From Oscillospiraceae bacterium (GTDB lineage Bacteria > Bacillota > Clostridia > Oscillospirales > CAG-272): DNA of 64,000 bases. The stretch lies in NCBI GenBank assembly GCA_015064735.1, contig SVRP01000006.1, positions 38,037-102,036 on the forward strand. Direction: 5' to 3'. Shown one piece after another: positions 1-10,099 of the stretch; the first letter of the stretch is position 1; each line of letters opens with the position of its first letter. The position numbers and the translations under genes are program-made. The notes under the pieces are model-generated. The model was not told the origin of the DNA, searched no databases, and worked only from the letters and a program-made list of their open reading frames with translations.

Positions 1-4
1 TTAT

Positions 5-38
5 AAAAAATAAGGCCGTCTTTTTCAAGACAGCCTTA
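5..38 (-). terminator. intrinsic terminator of the cyclophilin gene
   Basis: Minus strand TAAGGCTGTC..GACGGCCTTA stem followed by T6, just after the stop at 56. Confidence 0.75.
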
Positions 39-55
39 ATATTTTGTTGTGATCC

Positions 56-562
56 TTACTCGGAAACCACTTCAATGCTTTCGATAACGATAGGCTCTAC
101 AGGAACGTCCTGCATATACCAGCCGTAGTTTCCGGTCTCGGTATTAGCTATTGCATCAAGAACGTCCAAGCCCTCTGTAACCTTACCGAATCCTGCGTAC
201 TGACCGTCAAGATGGGGCGCATCCTCATGCATTACAAAGAACTGAGAGGAAGCCGAGTTAGGCATAGAGGTACGCGCCATGGAAAGCACTCCTCTTGTGT
301 GCTTAAGTGTATTTTGCGCAAAGCCGTTTGCTCTGAATTCACCTCTGATCGCGTCGCACTCCTTCTGCTCCATCTCCTCGGTAAATCCGCCACCCTGAAT
401 CATGAATCCGCGAATAACTCTGTGGAATATCAGTCCCTCAAAAAAGTTGCTCCGTGCAAGCTTCACAAAGTTTGCAACGGTAAGAGGAGCCATTTCGGGA
501 TAAAGCTCAGCTGTCATTGTGCCGTAATTTTTTACGTTGATTTTTATTACAGGATTGTTCAT
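56..562 (-). CDS. ppiB: cyclophilin-type peptidyl-prolyl cis-trans isomerase
   Basis: Motifs FHRVIRGFMIQGGG, GVLSMART, SQFFVMH, LDGQYAGFGKV. Confidence 0.95.
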   Translation of the reverse strand: MNNPVIKINVKNYGTMTAELYPEMAPLTVANFVKLARSNFFEGLIFHRVIRGFMIQGGGFTEEMEQKECDAIRGEFRANGFAQNTLKHTRGVLSMARTSMPNSASSQFFVMHEDAPHLDGQYAGFGKVTEGLDVLDAIANTETGNYGWYMQDVPVEPIVIESIEVVSE

Positions 563-579
563 TTCTTTTTCCTTCCTTA

Positions 580-978
580 TTATATATTATTTGTTTCGTT
601 TTTATCAGCTTCGTAAGCAAGAGCAAAGAGCTCTGCAATTCTCTCTTTTCTGCCCTCAAGGTGAAGATATCCGAAAAGCGCTTCCATTCCCGTAGCACTT
701 CTGTATTCAGACACGGTTGCAGACTTCGGGATATTGGTATGACCCATATTTCTTCCCCGCTTAAATACAGCTTCTTCCTCCTCGGTAAGGAGCGGCAATA
801 TTTTTTTCATAGCCTCCGCCTGCCTTGAAGCCTTTACGTATTCAAGGGCTGTACTGTTCAGTCTTGCCGACGACGACAGGCCACTATTCACGAGATATTC
901 TCTGACGCACACCTCAAGCACCGCGTCTCCGAGATACGCAAGAGCCGCCGCAGAGCATTCATTAGGTTTTATTCCCAT
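580..978 (-). CDS. mrnC: Mini-ribonuclease III
   Basis: LAYLGDAV, YRSATGMEALFGYL; 132 aa RNase III domain with no dsRBD. Confidence 0.92.
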   Translation of the reverse strand: MGIKPNECSAAALAYLGDAVLEVCVREYLVNSGLSSSARLNSTALEYVKASRQAEAMKKILPLLTEEEEAVFKRGRNMGHTNIPKSATVSEYRSATGMEALFGYLHLEGRKERIAELFALAYEADKNETNNI

Positions 979-986
979 AACTTCTC

Positions 987-1757
987 CTAAAAAACAATTC
1001 GACGAACCGACTTAACCTTTTTTGTATCGGTATCAAGATCAAAGATAGCTCCGCACGACCTGATTTCTCCGTCGGCGACCCTAAATCTTACAGGCATTTT
1101 TGTGCGGAATTTTTCAATAACCGCATCCGCTTCAGTTCCTATTATTCCGTTCACAGGCCCCGTCATTCCAAGATCTGTTATATATCCACTGCCATTTGGC
1201 AATATTTGCTCGTCTGCCGTTTGAACGTGAGTATGTGTGCCGAAAATTACAGCTATCCTTCCGTCAAAATATCTTGCTAGCGCAAGCTTTTCAGAGGTTG
1301 TCTCCGCATGAATATCCAAAATCGCAAAGTCATAATTTCCCTTCTCACGCTCAAGTATTCTGTCCACCGTCGAAAAGGGACACGCAAGAGATTCCATAAG
1401 CGCCGTCCCTAAAATATTTATTCCGAGAACGCGCCAACCGTTAATATTCAGCAGCGTATATCCGCCACCGGGAGCCATAGGCGGATAATTTGCGGGTCTT
1501 ATTATACTTTCACTTTCCGAAAGCAGCTCGCATATGTCGCGTCTGCCGTAGGTATGATTACCGAGTGTTATAAGATCCGCCCCGCTTGAAATAAGTGTTT
1601 TTGCATCAAGCGCGCTTATTCCGTGAATCTCGGCGGCATTTTCGCCGTTGACCACGGTAAACTCTATTTGATTTTCATTTCTGATCTTCCAAAGATTGTC
1701 TTGAAGATATTCTACCGCGCGAGCGCCAACAACATCTCCAACTGCGAGAATTTTCAT
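987..1757 (-). CDS. ymdB: YmdB/TIGR00282 metallophosphoesterase
   Basis: GDVVG, NGEN, TLGNH, DIHAETTSEK, GTHTHVQTAD, TDLGMTG. Confidence 0.93.
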   Translation of the reverse strand: MKILAVGDVVGARAVEYLQDNLWKIRNENQIEFTVVNGENAAEIHGISALDAKTLISSGADLITLGNHTYGRRDICELLSESESIIRPANYPPMAPGGGYTLLNINGWRVLGINILGTALMESLACPFSTVDRILEREKGNYDFAILDIHAETTSEKLALARYFDGRIAVIFGTHTHVQTADEQILPNGSGYITDLGMTGPVNGIIGTEADAVIEKFRTKMPVRFRVADGEIRSCGAIFDLDTDTKKVKSVRRIVF

Positions 1758-1780
1758 TTTTATTTCTTTCTATGTTATTT

Positions 1781-2434
1781 TTATTTGCTTTGAGTAGTAT
1801 ATGCCGTATTATTCAGCAGCAAAAACTCCATAGTTTTATCGTATAGCATGGCATCATATATCTGTTCCGCCATTTTTTCGGATACATAATTTATGTCATA
1901 TCCGTACAATTCCACAAATTTATCCACATATTTGCCGTAAAACCGAGTCTTTTCATCTTCGGTAAGCACAATTCCGGCATTTTTTACTATATAAGCAAGA
2001 ACAAGATCGTCTTTCACAAGCCCTCTTGCCTTTTCGTAAATGCCGTCCTCAGTTACTCCAAGCGCCTCAAGAAGCTCGTTATACCCGACTCCGTCTCTGC
2101 TTGCGTAATATCTGTACCTGGCTCTTTCCTGCTCGGCATAGTACTCAACATGAGCCGAAGGATAGATTATAATCTCCGCGCTGTCTGATATGGCGCTCCA
2201 CAGCTTTTCCTGCGCGCTCTCACCCATGGCGTAATATACCGTATGTCCCGTATATTCAAAGGGCTTTACGTAGCTTTCGATATTTTCCGTATCGTATCCG
2301 GGAAGTCCGCCGCCGAAGGATTCCTCAAAGCGTGCCGGTTCTTCGTTTTCTTTCTTTGAACATCCGACAATGCCAAATACGGCGGCGCAGACAAGTAATG
2401 CCGACATAAATCGAATAAGTCCTTTTGTTTTCAT
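1781..2434 (-). CDS. putative lipoprotein with trigger-factor C-terminal-like domain
   Basis: Signal peptide with lipobox IVGC; C-terminal half resembles the trigger factor C domain; start taken at MKTKG. Confidence 0.55.
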   Translation of the reverse strand: MKTKGLIRFMSALLVCAAVFGIVGCSKKENEEPARFEESFGGGLPGYDTENIESYVKPFEYTGHTVYYAMGESAQEKLWSAISDSAEIIIYPSAHVEYYAEQERARYRYYASRDGVGYNELLEALGVTEDGIYEKARGLVKDDLVLAYIVKNAGIVLTEDEKTRFYGKYVDKFVELYGYDINYVSEKMAEQIYDAMLYDKTMEFLLLNNTAYTTQSK

Positions 2435-2510
2435 AATAAAGACCTCTCTTTTCGATATTTGCAAAGACCTATAAAGAAAACGGTCCCTTAAAGAACCGTT
2501 CTCTTTTCAA

Positions 2511-2696
2511 TTATTTGCTCTCAACCTTGAGAACTTCCTTGCCGTCATAATAACCGCAAGCCTTGCATACACGGTGATTTCTTACGAATTCGCCGCACTT
2601 GGGGCACTTGGTCATGCCGGGGAGCATAAGCTTCCATGTGCTGGAACGTCTCTTGTCTCTGCGAGCCTTTGATACTTTCTTCTTCGGTACTGCCAT
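2511..2696 (-). CDS. rpmF: 50S ribosomal protein L32 (zinc-ribbon type)
   Basis: [32 protein letters not shown]. Confidence 0.97.
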   Translation of the reverse strand: MAVPKKKVSKARRDKRRSSTWKLMLPGMTKCPKCGEFVRNHRVCKACGYYDGKEVLKVESK

Positions 2697-2743
2697 TTCT
2701 ACACCTCCTTGAAGCGTGTGAACACAACTTTCATTTATATAAA

Positions 2744-3271
2744 TTAATTTTTTTCGTCCTCGTCGTTGTTGTCAAAAAAATTCTTGAGGATCGCAAGTCT
2801 CGGATCTATTTCCTTATCCGAGCATCCGCATTCACCCTCATTTTTAGGCTTTCCGCAGCGAGGGCAAAGCCCTAAACAATCCTCCGAGCAAAGCAATCTT
2901 GTGGGGAATCCCAGAAGAAGCTCCTCCTGCAAAGCAAGATCAACGTCAAGCTCACTTCCGTCAAGAACGACGTATTCGTCGTCAAGCTCGGCAGTCTGCT
3001 CCTCAGTAAGCATCTCCTCGGTTACTACTGTGCGCTCGAAGTCAAGAGAGAAAACTCCGCCGGTCGGAGCAAGACATCTTGCGCATTCGCCATGGTATTT
3101 AAGCTCTGCCTTAAGGATAAGTTTCATGTAGCCTGCCCTGTCGGTAATGCAACCGACCACACGGGCGTCGGATTCAAACACGATTCCGTCAATCTGCTCG
3201 GGGGAAAGCGTATAATCAATATCCATACGTTTCACCTCTCCTCGGAGAAGCGGAGCGACGTCCACTGTCAT
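2744..3271 (-). CDS. DUF177/YceD family protein
   Basis: [28 protein letters not shown]; canonical position upstream of rpmF; start chosen from GGAGGT RBS. Confidence 0.9.
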   Translation of the reverse strand: MTVDVAPLLRGEVKRMDIDYTLSPEQIDGIVFESDARVVGCITDRAGYMKLILKAELKYHGECARCLAPTGGVFSLDFERTVVTEEMLTEEQTAELDDEYVVLDGSELDVDLALQEELLLGFPTRLLCSEDCLGLCPRCGKPKNEGECGCSDKEIDPRLAILKNFFDNNDEDEKN

Positions 3272-3478
3272 ACACATACCTCCTGCGTTATATTTTGTTG
3301 ACACAAAATGCGACAATACATATTATAATCCATATTTTTTCTCTTGTCAAGAGTTTTTTCAAATATTATTGGGAATTGTTAAGAAATATAAGTTTATTTT
3401 AACAAATACAGAGCCAAATTATTTACTTTGTCCAAGTATTGTGGTAAAATATCCGTACAATCTACTTTGGAGGCTTTT

Positions 3479-4342
3479 ATGCATACTGTTTTTTCATACA
3501 ATAAGGATAATCTGTCGCTTATGCCTAAGCGTACAGACGAAAGCAACAAGGGCACCTACGGCAGGCTTTTGTGCGTTTGCGGCTCTGTCGGCATGTGCGG
3601 AGCGGCATATCTTGCCGCAAAGGCAGCTTACAGGACAGGCGCGGGGCTTGTTGAAATACTGACCGTAAAGGAAAATCTTATTCCCTTGCAAGGTTCTCTG
3701 CCCGAAGCTATAATATCGGTTTACGACGGGAACGACCCCGACCTTGATGCCGTTTTGACCTCTGTGGAGCGTGCTGACGCTATAGTTATAGGCTGCGGAC
3801 TCGGACGCTCAGCGGGAGCAAGAAAAATACTCGGAGCAATATTAAGAAGCACCGAAAAGCAATGCGTGGTAGATGCCGATGCGCTTAATATTATCTCGGC
3901 AAACCCCGCCCTGAAAAAACATCTCAGAGACAAGATAATCACTCCTCATCCCATGGAATTTTCAAGACTTACGGGAATATCCACAGACGAGATCCTCAAA
4001 AACACCGAACGGCTTGCCTACGGCTTCGCAAGAGAAAACGGCGCGGTATGCCTTATAAAGCGACACGAAACTATCATCTCCGACGGCTCGGAAAGAGTTT
4101 ACGTCAACAAGAGCGGAAACAGCGGTATGGCAACAGCGGGCTCGGGAGACGTCCTTGCGGGAATCATAGGCGGAATTCTTGCCCAGAATAAAAATTCCGA
4201 CCTGTCGCTCTTTGAAGCGGCATGTCTTGGCACGTATATACACGGCCTTTGCGGTGATATTGCCGCAGAAGCGCTCGGAGAATATTCACTTATGGCAAGT
4301 GATATCATTGACAGTCTGCGCAAGGTATTAAAAAGCATATAA
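3479..4342 (+). CDS. nnrD: ADP-dependent NAD(P)H-hydrate dehydratase (no epimerase domain)
   Basis: KGTYG, GAAYLAAKAAYRTGAGLV, IGCGLG, VDADAL, TPHPMEFSRL, MATAGSGDVLAG. Confidence 0.92.
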   Translation: MHTVFSYNKDNLSLMPKRTDESNKGTYGRLLCVCGSVGMCGAAYLAAKAAYRTGAGLVEILTVKENLIPLQGSLPEAIISVYDGNDPDLDAVLTSVERADAIVIGCGLGRSAGARKILGAILRSTEKQCVVDADALNIISANPALKKHLRDKIITPHPMEFSRLTGISTDEILKNTERLAYGFARENGAVCLIKRHETIISDGSERVYVNKSGNSGMATAGSGDVLAGIIGGILAQNKNSDLSLFEAACLGTYIHGLCGDIAAEALGEYSLMASDIIDSLRKVLKSI

Positions 4343-4348
4343 CAACGC

Positions 4349-4389
4349 AAAATGCCGTCCCGAAATCAAATCGAGACGGCATCTTTTTT
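4349..4389. terminator. bidirectional terminator between nnrD and the DUF378 gene
   Basis: ATGCCGTC/GACGGCAT stem flanked by A and T runs between convergent genes. Confidence 0.7.
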
Positions 4390-4390
4390 A

Positions 4391-4606
4391 TTATTCGTCA
4401 AGAGCCTCGAACTTTTCTCGCGCACGGAAAAGAAGAGACACGCACCAAATACCCGCAAGAGCTACTATAGTATATACTATTCGGCTTCCGAGCATCTCCT
4501 GTCCTCCGAATATCCATGCAACTATATCAAAACGGAAAAGTCCTATGCTTCCCCAGTTCAATGCTCCTATGATCGAGATAATAAGCGCAATTCTATCCAT
4601 TATCAT
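4391..4606 (-). CDS. DUF378 family small membrane protein
   Basis: IIGALNWGSIGLFRFDIVAWIFG..SRIVYTIVALAGIW. Confidence 0.88.
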   Translation of the reverse strand: MIMDRIALIISIIGALNWGSIGLFRFDIVAWIFGGQEMLGSRIVYTIVALAGIWCVSLLFRAREKFEALDE

Positions 4607-4878
4607 TGCGATTTTTCCTCCTTCTTAGGCACAAATCCGAACTTACAAGCTTCATAAGTCCGAATTTGCTAAACGGTTTTCCGTTCATGTTTATTTTTTG
4701 CAATGATTCCCGATTTATTATCGGCAAGTTTTGGTATGATCTTTCAAGCTCCTCTTCACAAAACATTCACTTATCAGAAGCTTTTGTTCACATAATTTTG
4801 CCAAAATAATAATTAAATGTTAAAAATATAGTGTTATAATATAAGGTGAAGTTTTATTTTTATTTCAGAGGAGAAAAA

Positions 4879-7800
4879 ATGCTCGAATTACACGATATTG
4901 TAAAACGCTACGACACGGGTGGAAACGAGGTCCTTGCGCTTAACGGCGTAAGCCTTAAATTCAGAAAAAATGAATTCGTTTCCATACTCGGTGCTTCGGG
5001 TTGCGGAAAGACCACCATGCTTAATATCATCGGCGGACTTGACCGATATACGAGCGGAGATCTGGTAATAAACGGAGTCTCTACAAAAAAATACAAGGAC
5101 AGAGATTGGGATACCTATCGCAACCACTCGGTAGGCTTTGTTTTCCAAAGCTACAACCTTATTTCACATCAAACCGTTCTTTCAAACGTTGAGCTTGCCC
5201 TCACGCTTTCGGGCGTTTCCCGTGCGGAACGTAAAAAGAGAGCAACCGAGGCGCTCATCAAGGTAGGCCTTGGAGACCAGCTTAACAAAAAGCCCGGGCA
5301 GATGTCGGGCGGTCAGATGCAGAGAGTTGCCATTGCCCGCGCACTCGTAAACAACCCCGATATTCTTCTTGCCGACGAGCCTACGGGAGCGCTCGATACG
5401 ACTACAAGTGTACAGATAATGGAGCTTCTTAAGGAGGTTGCCAAGGACCGTCTCGTTATAATGGTTACGCACAACCCCGAGCTTGCGGAGGAATACTCCA
5501 CGAGAATCGTTAAGCTCTCGGACGGTGTGGTTGTTGGAGACAGCGACCCATTTGACGGAGTTGAGGATATTGAAGAAACCGTAGCCCCGGAAGAACCCGA
5601 AGGCGTTATTCCCAAAGTCGATACAAAAAAGACAAAGGGAAAGAAGAAAAAGACATCCATGTCCTTCCTTACCGCGCTCTCTCTTTCGAAGAACAACCTT
5701 CTTACCAAGAAAGGAAGAACGGCTCTCACATCATTTGCGGGTAGTATCGGTATTATCGGTATCGCTCTTATCCTTTCCCTTTCCACGGGTATTCAGGCTT
5801 ATATTGACCAGGTACAGGAGGATACACTTTCGAGCTTTCCCTTGACGGTTTCAAGGCAAACTACCGATATGTCGGGTGTTGCTGACGCTATGCAGCAGGT
5901 AAGCGACGGAGTTGCGGCTCCACCTGAGGGTTATATCGGCATCGATAATTCCGCCGGAACACTTATGAACGCTATGACGGCGACTATACAGAACGACGTT
6001 AAGAGCTTCAAGGCATATATCGACGCTCATTACAACGAGCTTGCTCCCTACGTAAACGACATTCAGTACACATACAATTTCGATCTTCAGGTTTACGGAA
6101 CAGATGCCAAGACCACACAGGTCAACCCCACCACCATTTTCGAAAGCATGGGTGAGGACTATGCGAGCCTTGGCGAGCTTATGGAGGCTATGGGCTCCGA
6201 CAGCTTCAGCATTCTTTCCGAAATGATAAACAATCAGGAGCTTCTCGATCAGCAGTATGAGGTAGTTGCGGGCTCGTGGCCTAAGAATGCAAACGACATT
6301 GTTCTCGTTATCAGCAAAAACAGCCAGCTCACTCTCCTTTCGCTCTACATGCTCGGTGAAATGGATCAGTCCGAGCTTGCCGACGTTATGGAAAGCCTTG
6401 CGTCGGGTGAGCAATATGAGCCCCCTGAGATTCCTCCCTACTCCTACGACCACTTCCTTGGCAAGGAATTCTATCTCCTTACCGATTCGGATTTCTTTAT
6501 CCCTACAATGACTCCCTACGAGTATGAAGGCAAGACCTATCCCGTATGGAAGGATCAGCGCGATGAATTTACTCCCGACGACCTTACGGACTTCGTAAAG
6601 GCTAACGGTGAAAAGCTTCGTATATCCGGTATCATCCGCCCGAGACCCGAAGCAACATCGGCATCTATTTCGGGCTCTTTGGCTTACACCAAGGCACTTA
6701 CCGATAAAATACTTGACAAAAACACAAAAACCGAAATAATCAATCAGCAAAAGGCCACTCCCGAAATAAACGTCCTTACGGGTGCCCCCTTCGAAAAGAC
6801 TGTATTTACCAAAGAGAATATTTACCTTCTTTTCGATGCTCTCGACGCAAGAACAAAGAGTACTATGTACTCCATGTTCAAGAAGGAGCTTCTTAGGAAT
6901 CAGGGAGCGATTCCTCCCGAGCTCTGCGCAGCATTCCTTCCCGACAGAGACCTTTCCGAGCTCGTCGGTAAAATCATCGACAAGGTAAACACAGCCGACC
7001 CCTCAAAAACTATGCTGACACAAATTATCGGCGGACTTAACGCACAGCTAAAGCTAACCGATATAACATTGACCGAGGGTAACCTCATATCATTGCTGCC
7101 TGCCCTCAACTCCGAAAATAAAATAGCGGTAATTATGGCATTCTCTATGGCTTACGACAATATAGAAAAGAATGCCGTAAAGAATATTTGCACTCCGTAT
7201 ATCGACAAAATAGAAATAAACGACGATAATATTTCCATGCTCATCACTAAGCTTCCCGATGATAAATTTGACCAGCTTCAGGCGATCCTTTACGAAAACG
7301 CACCTCAGCTTGATGCGACGCTTGAATCAAATCTTGAGCTTATGGGAGATGCGGAGCAGGCTGACCCCGAATCTATCAACTTCTACGCAAAGGATTTCGA
7401 ATCCAAGGAAAAGATTGAGGAATTTATCGCAAACTATAACAGCCAATTCCCCGAGGATTCTCCCAAGAGAATAGAATATACTGACCTTATCGGAGATCTG
7501 CTTTCCGCAGTTTCTGTTATCATAAACGTAATTTCCTACGTTCTCATAGCGTTCGTTTCTATCTCTCTCGTTGTTTCCTCTATAATGATAGGAATTATAA
7601 CCTATATATCGGTTCTTGAGCGTACCAAGGAAATCGGTATTCTCCGAGCTATCGGCGCGTCCAAGAGGGATATTTCGAGAGTATTCAATGCAGAGACCCT
7701 TATCGTCGGATTTATCGCCGGCGCCGTGGGAATTCTCTTCACTCTGATTATGATACTGCCTATAAACGCAATAATCCACGTTGTAACCGAAAATTCTGCG

Positions 7801-7935
7801 GTAAACGCTATACTTCCTTGGGGTGCTGCGCTTATCCTCGTGGGCATCAGTATGCTTCTCACATTTATCGCAGGACTTATCCCCTCAAGGCTTGCGTCTA
7901 AGAAGGACCCCGTAGTTTCTCTTCGTTCCGAGTAA
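4879..7935 (+). CDS. MacB-like ABC ATPase/FtsX-permease fusion with large extracellular domain
   Basis: Walker A GASGCGKTT, MSGGQMQR, LADEPTGALD, then SVLERTKEIGILRAIGA permease motif. Confidence 0.9.
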   Translation: MLELHDIVKRYDTGGNEVLALNGVSLKFRKNEFVSILGASGCGKTTMLNIIGGLDRYTSGDLVINGVSTKKYKDRDWDTYRNHSVGFVFQSYNLISHQTVLSNVELALTLSGVSRAERKKRATEALIKVGLGDQLNKKPGQMSGGQMQRVAIARALVNNPDILLADEPTGALDTTTSVQIMELLKEVAKDRLVIMVTHNPELAEEYSTRIVKLSDGVVVGDSDPFDGVEDIEETVAPEEPEGVIPKVDTKKTKGKKKKTSMSFLTALSLSKNNLLTKKGRTALTSFAGSIGIIGIALILSLSTGIQAYIDQVQEDTLSSFPLTVSRQTTDMSGVADAMQQVSDGVAAPPEGYIGIDNSAGTLMNAMTATIQNDVKSFKAYIDAHYNELAPYVNDIQYTYNFDLQVYGTDAKTTQVNPTTIFESMGEDYASLGELMEAMGSDSFSILSEMINNQELLDQQYEVVAGSWPKNANDIVLVISKNSQLTLLSLYMLGEMDQSELADVMESLASGEQYEPPEIPPYSYDHFLGKEFYLLTDSDFFIPTMTPYEYEGKTYPVWKDQRDEFTPDDLTDFVKANGEKLRISGIIRPRPEATSASISGSLAYTKALTDKILDKNTKTEIINQQKATPEINVLTGAPFEKTVFTKENIYLLFDALDARTKSTMYSMFKKELLRNQGAIPPELCAAFLPDRDLSELVGKIIDKVNTADPSKTMLTQIIGGLNAQLKLTDITLTEGNLISLLPALNSENKIAVIMAFSMAYDNIEKNAVKNICTPYIDKIEINDDNISMLITKLPDDKFDQLQAILYENAPQLDATLESNLELMGDAEQADPESINFYAKDFESKEKIEEFIANYNSQFPEDSPKRIEYTDLIGDLLSAVSVIINVISYVLIAFVSISLVVSSIMIGIITYISVLERTKEIGILRAIGASKRDISRVFNAETLIVGFIAGAVGILFTLIMILPINAIIHVVTENSAVNAILPWGAALILVGISMLLTFIAGLIPSRLASKKDPVVSLRSE

Positions 7936-7969
7936 TTAAAACGTTAAAAAAGAAAGGACCGCTCATCCC

Positions 7970-8404
7970 ATGGGTAAAATAAGAAACTCCCTTTCACGCT
8001 TTTTTGGGGGACGTTACGGTACCGATACACTTAACACGGTATTAATAATTATTTATACGGTAGTTTTCATTACCTACACCGTTCTTCGTATCGTATTCGG
8101 TGTTACGATGCCTGAAAGCAAAATAGCACTCCCCGTTCTCGGAATAAGCTATTTCGTCATTTCGACCGCGCTTATCGTTTGGGTGTTTTTCCGCATGTTT
8201 TCAAAGAACATCGGAAAGCGCAGACGCGAGAACGAGAAATTCTGCGGATTTTTCAAGCTTCAGAGAAATAAGTTCAGAGACAGAAAGACCCACGTATACC
8301 GCAAATGTCCCACCTGCAAGGCAATTTTACGTCTGCCCAAGTCAAAGGGCAAGCACACTGTTCTCTGCCCCAGATGTAAAAACCGATTCAGTGTAAAGGG
8401 TTAG
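7970..8404 (+). CDS. membrane protein with C-terminal zinc ribbon
   Basis: GRYGTDTLN, two hydrophobic helices, CPTC...CPRC. Confidence 0.75.
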   Translation: MGKIRNSLSRFFGGRYGTDTLNTVLIIIYTVVFITYTVLRIVFGVTMPESKIALPVLGISYFVISTALIVWVFFRMFSKNIGKRRRENEKFCGFFKLQRNKFRDRKTHVYRKCPTCKAILRLPKSKGKHTVLCPRCKNRFSVKG

Positions 8405-8436
8405 AACTGTAATACTTGACCGCTTTCCTAAGTAAA

Positions 8437-8483
8437 GGCTGCTTCATTTGAATTTTCATTCAGATGAGGCAGCCCCTTTTTTT
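8437..8483 (+). terminator. intrinsic terminator
   Basis: GGCTGCTTCAT..ATGAGGCAGCC stem followed by T7. Confidence 0.65.
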
Positions 8484-8553
8484 AAAATGCTATTGCATAT
8501 TTCTCCTAAAAATTATATAATATATATATGGATAAATTTTTTGGAGGAAGCTC

Positions 8554-9996
8554 ATGAAAAAAAGCGCTCTTTTGGATTACGTAAATAACAGAAAATGCGA
8601 TATTCTCGGTCTCGGAGTTTCTAATCTTCCCTTAGCCAATTTTCTGGCAGATAACGGTATTTCTCTTTGTATAAGAGATAAAAAAACGGTCGATGAGCTT
8701 GGAGACGGAGCGCGTACTCTTATGGGTTTGGGAGCTTCATTCGTTACGGGAGACGGTTGCTTCGAAAATCTTGAGGGTGAGCTTATTTTTCGATCTCCCG
8801 GACTTCGTCCCGATCTTTCGGGACTTATTGACGCAAGGGCGCGCCATGCTGAGCTGACCTCTGAAATGGAGCTTCTGCTCTCTCTTACAGACGCTCCAAC
8901 CTTTGCCGTTACGGGAAGCGACGGAAAGACTACATCAACGACTCTTACGGGAATGTTTCTCGATGCTGAATACAAACGTAAAGGTACAGGAAACGTCTTT
9001 GTGGGCGGTAATATAGGTGAACCTCTGCTTTACAAGCTTGATTCAATTTCAGCCGATGACTGCGTGGTTGCCGAGCTTTCAAGCTTTCAGCTTATGACAG
9101 TAAAAAAAGCTCCATCCTACGCGGCTATTACAAACATCTCTCCAAATCATCTTGACTGGCACAGAGGAATGGACGAATATATAGCGGCAAAGAAAAACAT
9201 AATCGGAGGCAATACAAAAAGACTTGTTACAAACGGAGACTGCACTCCGACTCTTGAAATTGCATCCGAGCTTTCGAAAAGAGAGCGCCGTCCCAACATA
9301 TATATTTTCTCGTCCAAAAAATCCCGCTTTGAGGATATATTTACCTTTGGTGCAGGAGAAAACGACAGAGCCCTTTACGTCAAGGACGGATATATTATAA
9401 TCTCAGACGGTAAAAAAGAAACTCCTATTCTTGAAATTTCAAAAATCCGAGTTCCCGGGATTCACAATATAGAAAACTTTATGACCGCTATCGGCTTGAC
9501 GTACGGTTTTACGGATGCGTCGGTATATTCATCGGTTGCCGACTCCTTCTGCGGTGTTTCTCACCGACTTGAGCTTATACGCACATTAGATGGGGTCGAT
9601 TACTACAATAGCTCTATCGATTCGTCCCCCACACGTACCGCCGCCGCTATTTCGGCTCTTGCGGGACGGGATATAGTGATAATTTGCGGCGGATACGACA
9701 AAAAGATTCCGTATGAGCCTTTAGCTCCCGTGCTTTGCAAAAACGTCCGCGCCGCAGTTCTTACGGGCGCTACCGGCAAAAAGATAGAAAAAGCTATTCT
9801 TGAGTGCGATGAATATGCAAAGGGAGCTCCCGAGCTTGTGTATATTCCCGACTTTGAGGGTGCAGTAAAGGAAGCGAGAAAATTGGCGTCTGAGGGTGGT
9901 TGCGTCCTTCTCTCTCCCGCATCGGCAAGCTTTGATGCGTTTCCGAATTTCGCCGTAAGAGGCGATACCTTCCGAAAAATTGTAAAAGATTTTTAA
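8554..9996 (+). CDS. murD: UDP-N-acetylmuramoyl-L-alanine--D-glutamate ligase
   Basis: VTGSDGKTT, GGNIG, ELSSFQL, NISPNHLDWH, HRLE, LLSPASASFD. Confidence 0.96.
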   Translation: MKKSALLDYVNNRKCDILGLGVSNLPLANFLADNGISLCIRDKKTVDELGDGARTLMGLGASFVTGDGCFENLEGELIFRSPGLRPDLSGLIDARARHAELTSEMELLLSLTDAPTFAVTGSDGKTTSTTLTGMFLDAEYKRKGTGNVFVGGNIGEPLLYKLDSISADDCVVAELSSFQLMTVKKAPSYAAITNISPNHLDWHRGMDEYIAAKKNIIGGNTKRLVTNGDCTPTLEIASELSKRERRPNIYIFSSKKSRFEDIFTFGAGENDRALYVKDGYIIISDGKKETPILEISKIRVPGIHNIENFMTAIGLTYGFTDASVYSSVADSFCGVSHRLELIRTLDGVDYYNSSIDSSPTRTAAAISALAGRDIVIICGGYDKKIPYEPLAPVLCKNVRAAVLTGATGKKIEKAILECDEYAKGAPELVYIPDFEGAVKEARKLASEGGCVLLSPASASFDAFPNFAVRGDTFRKIVKDF

Positions 9997-10099
9997 AAGA
10001 TATAAATATTAACAAATTCAGGGTAGAAATAAAGCTTTAAATGTGGTAAAATAAAGGATATGATTGTTCTAACATAAAGATATACGAAAGGACGATAAA

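Noticed and set aside
4846-7935. MacB-like fusion as a novel system
   Set aside because: ATPase-permease fusions with large extracellular loops are common in Clostridia.
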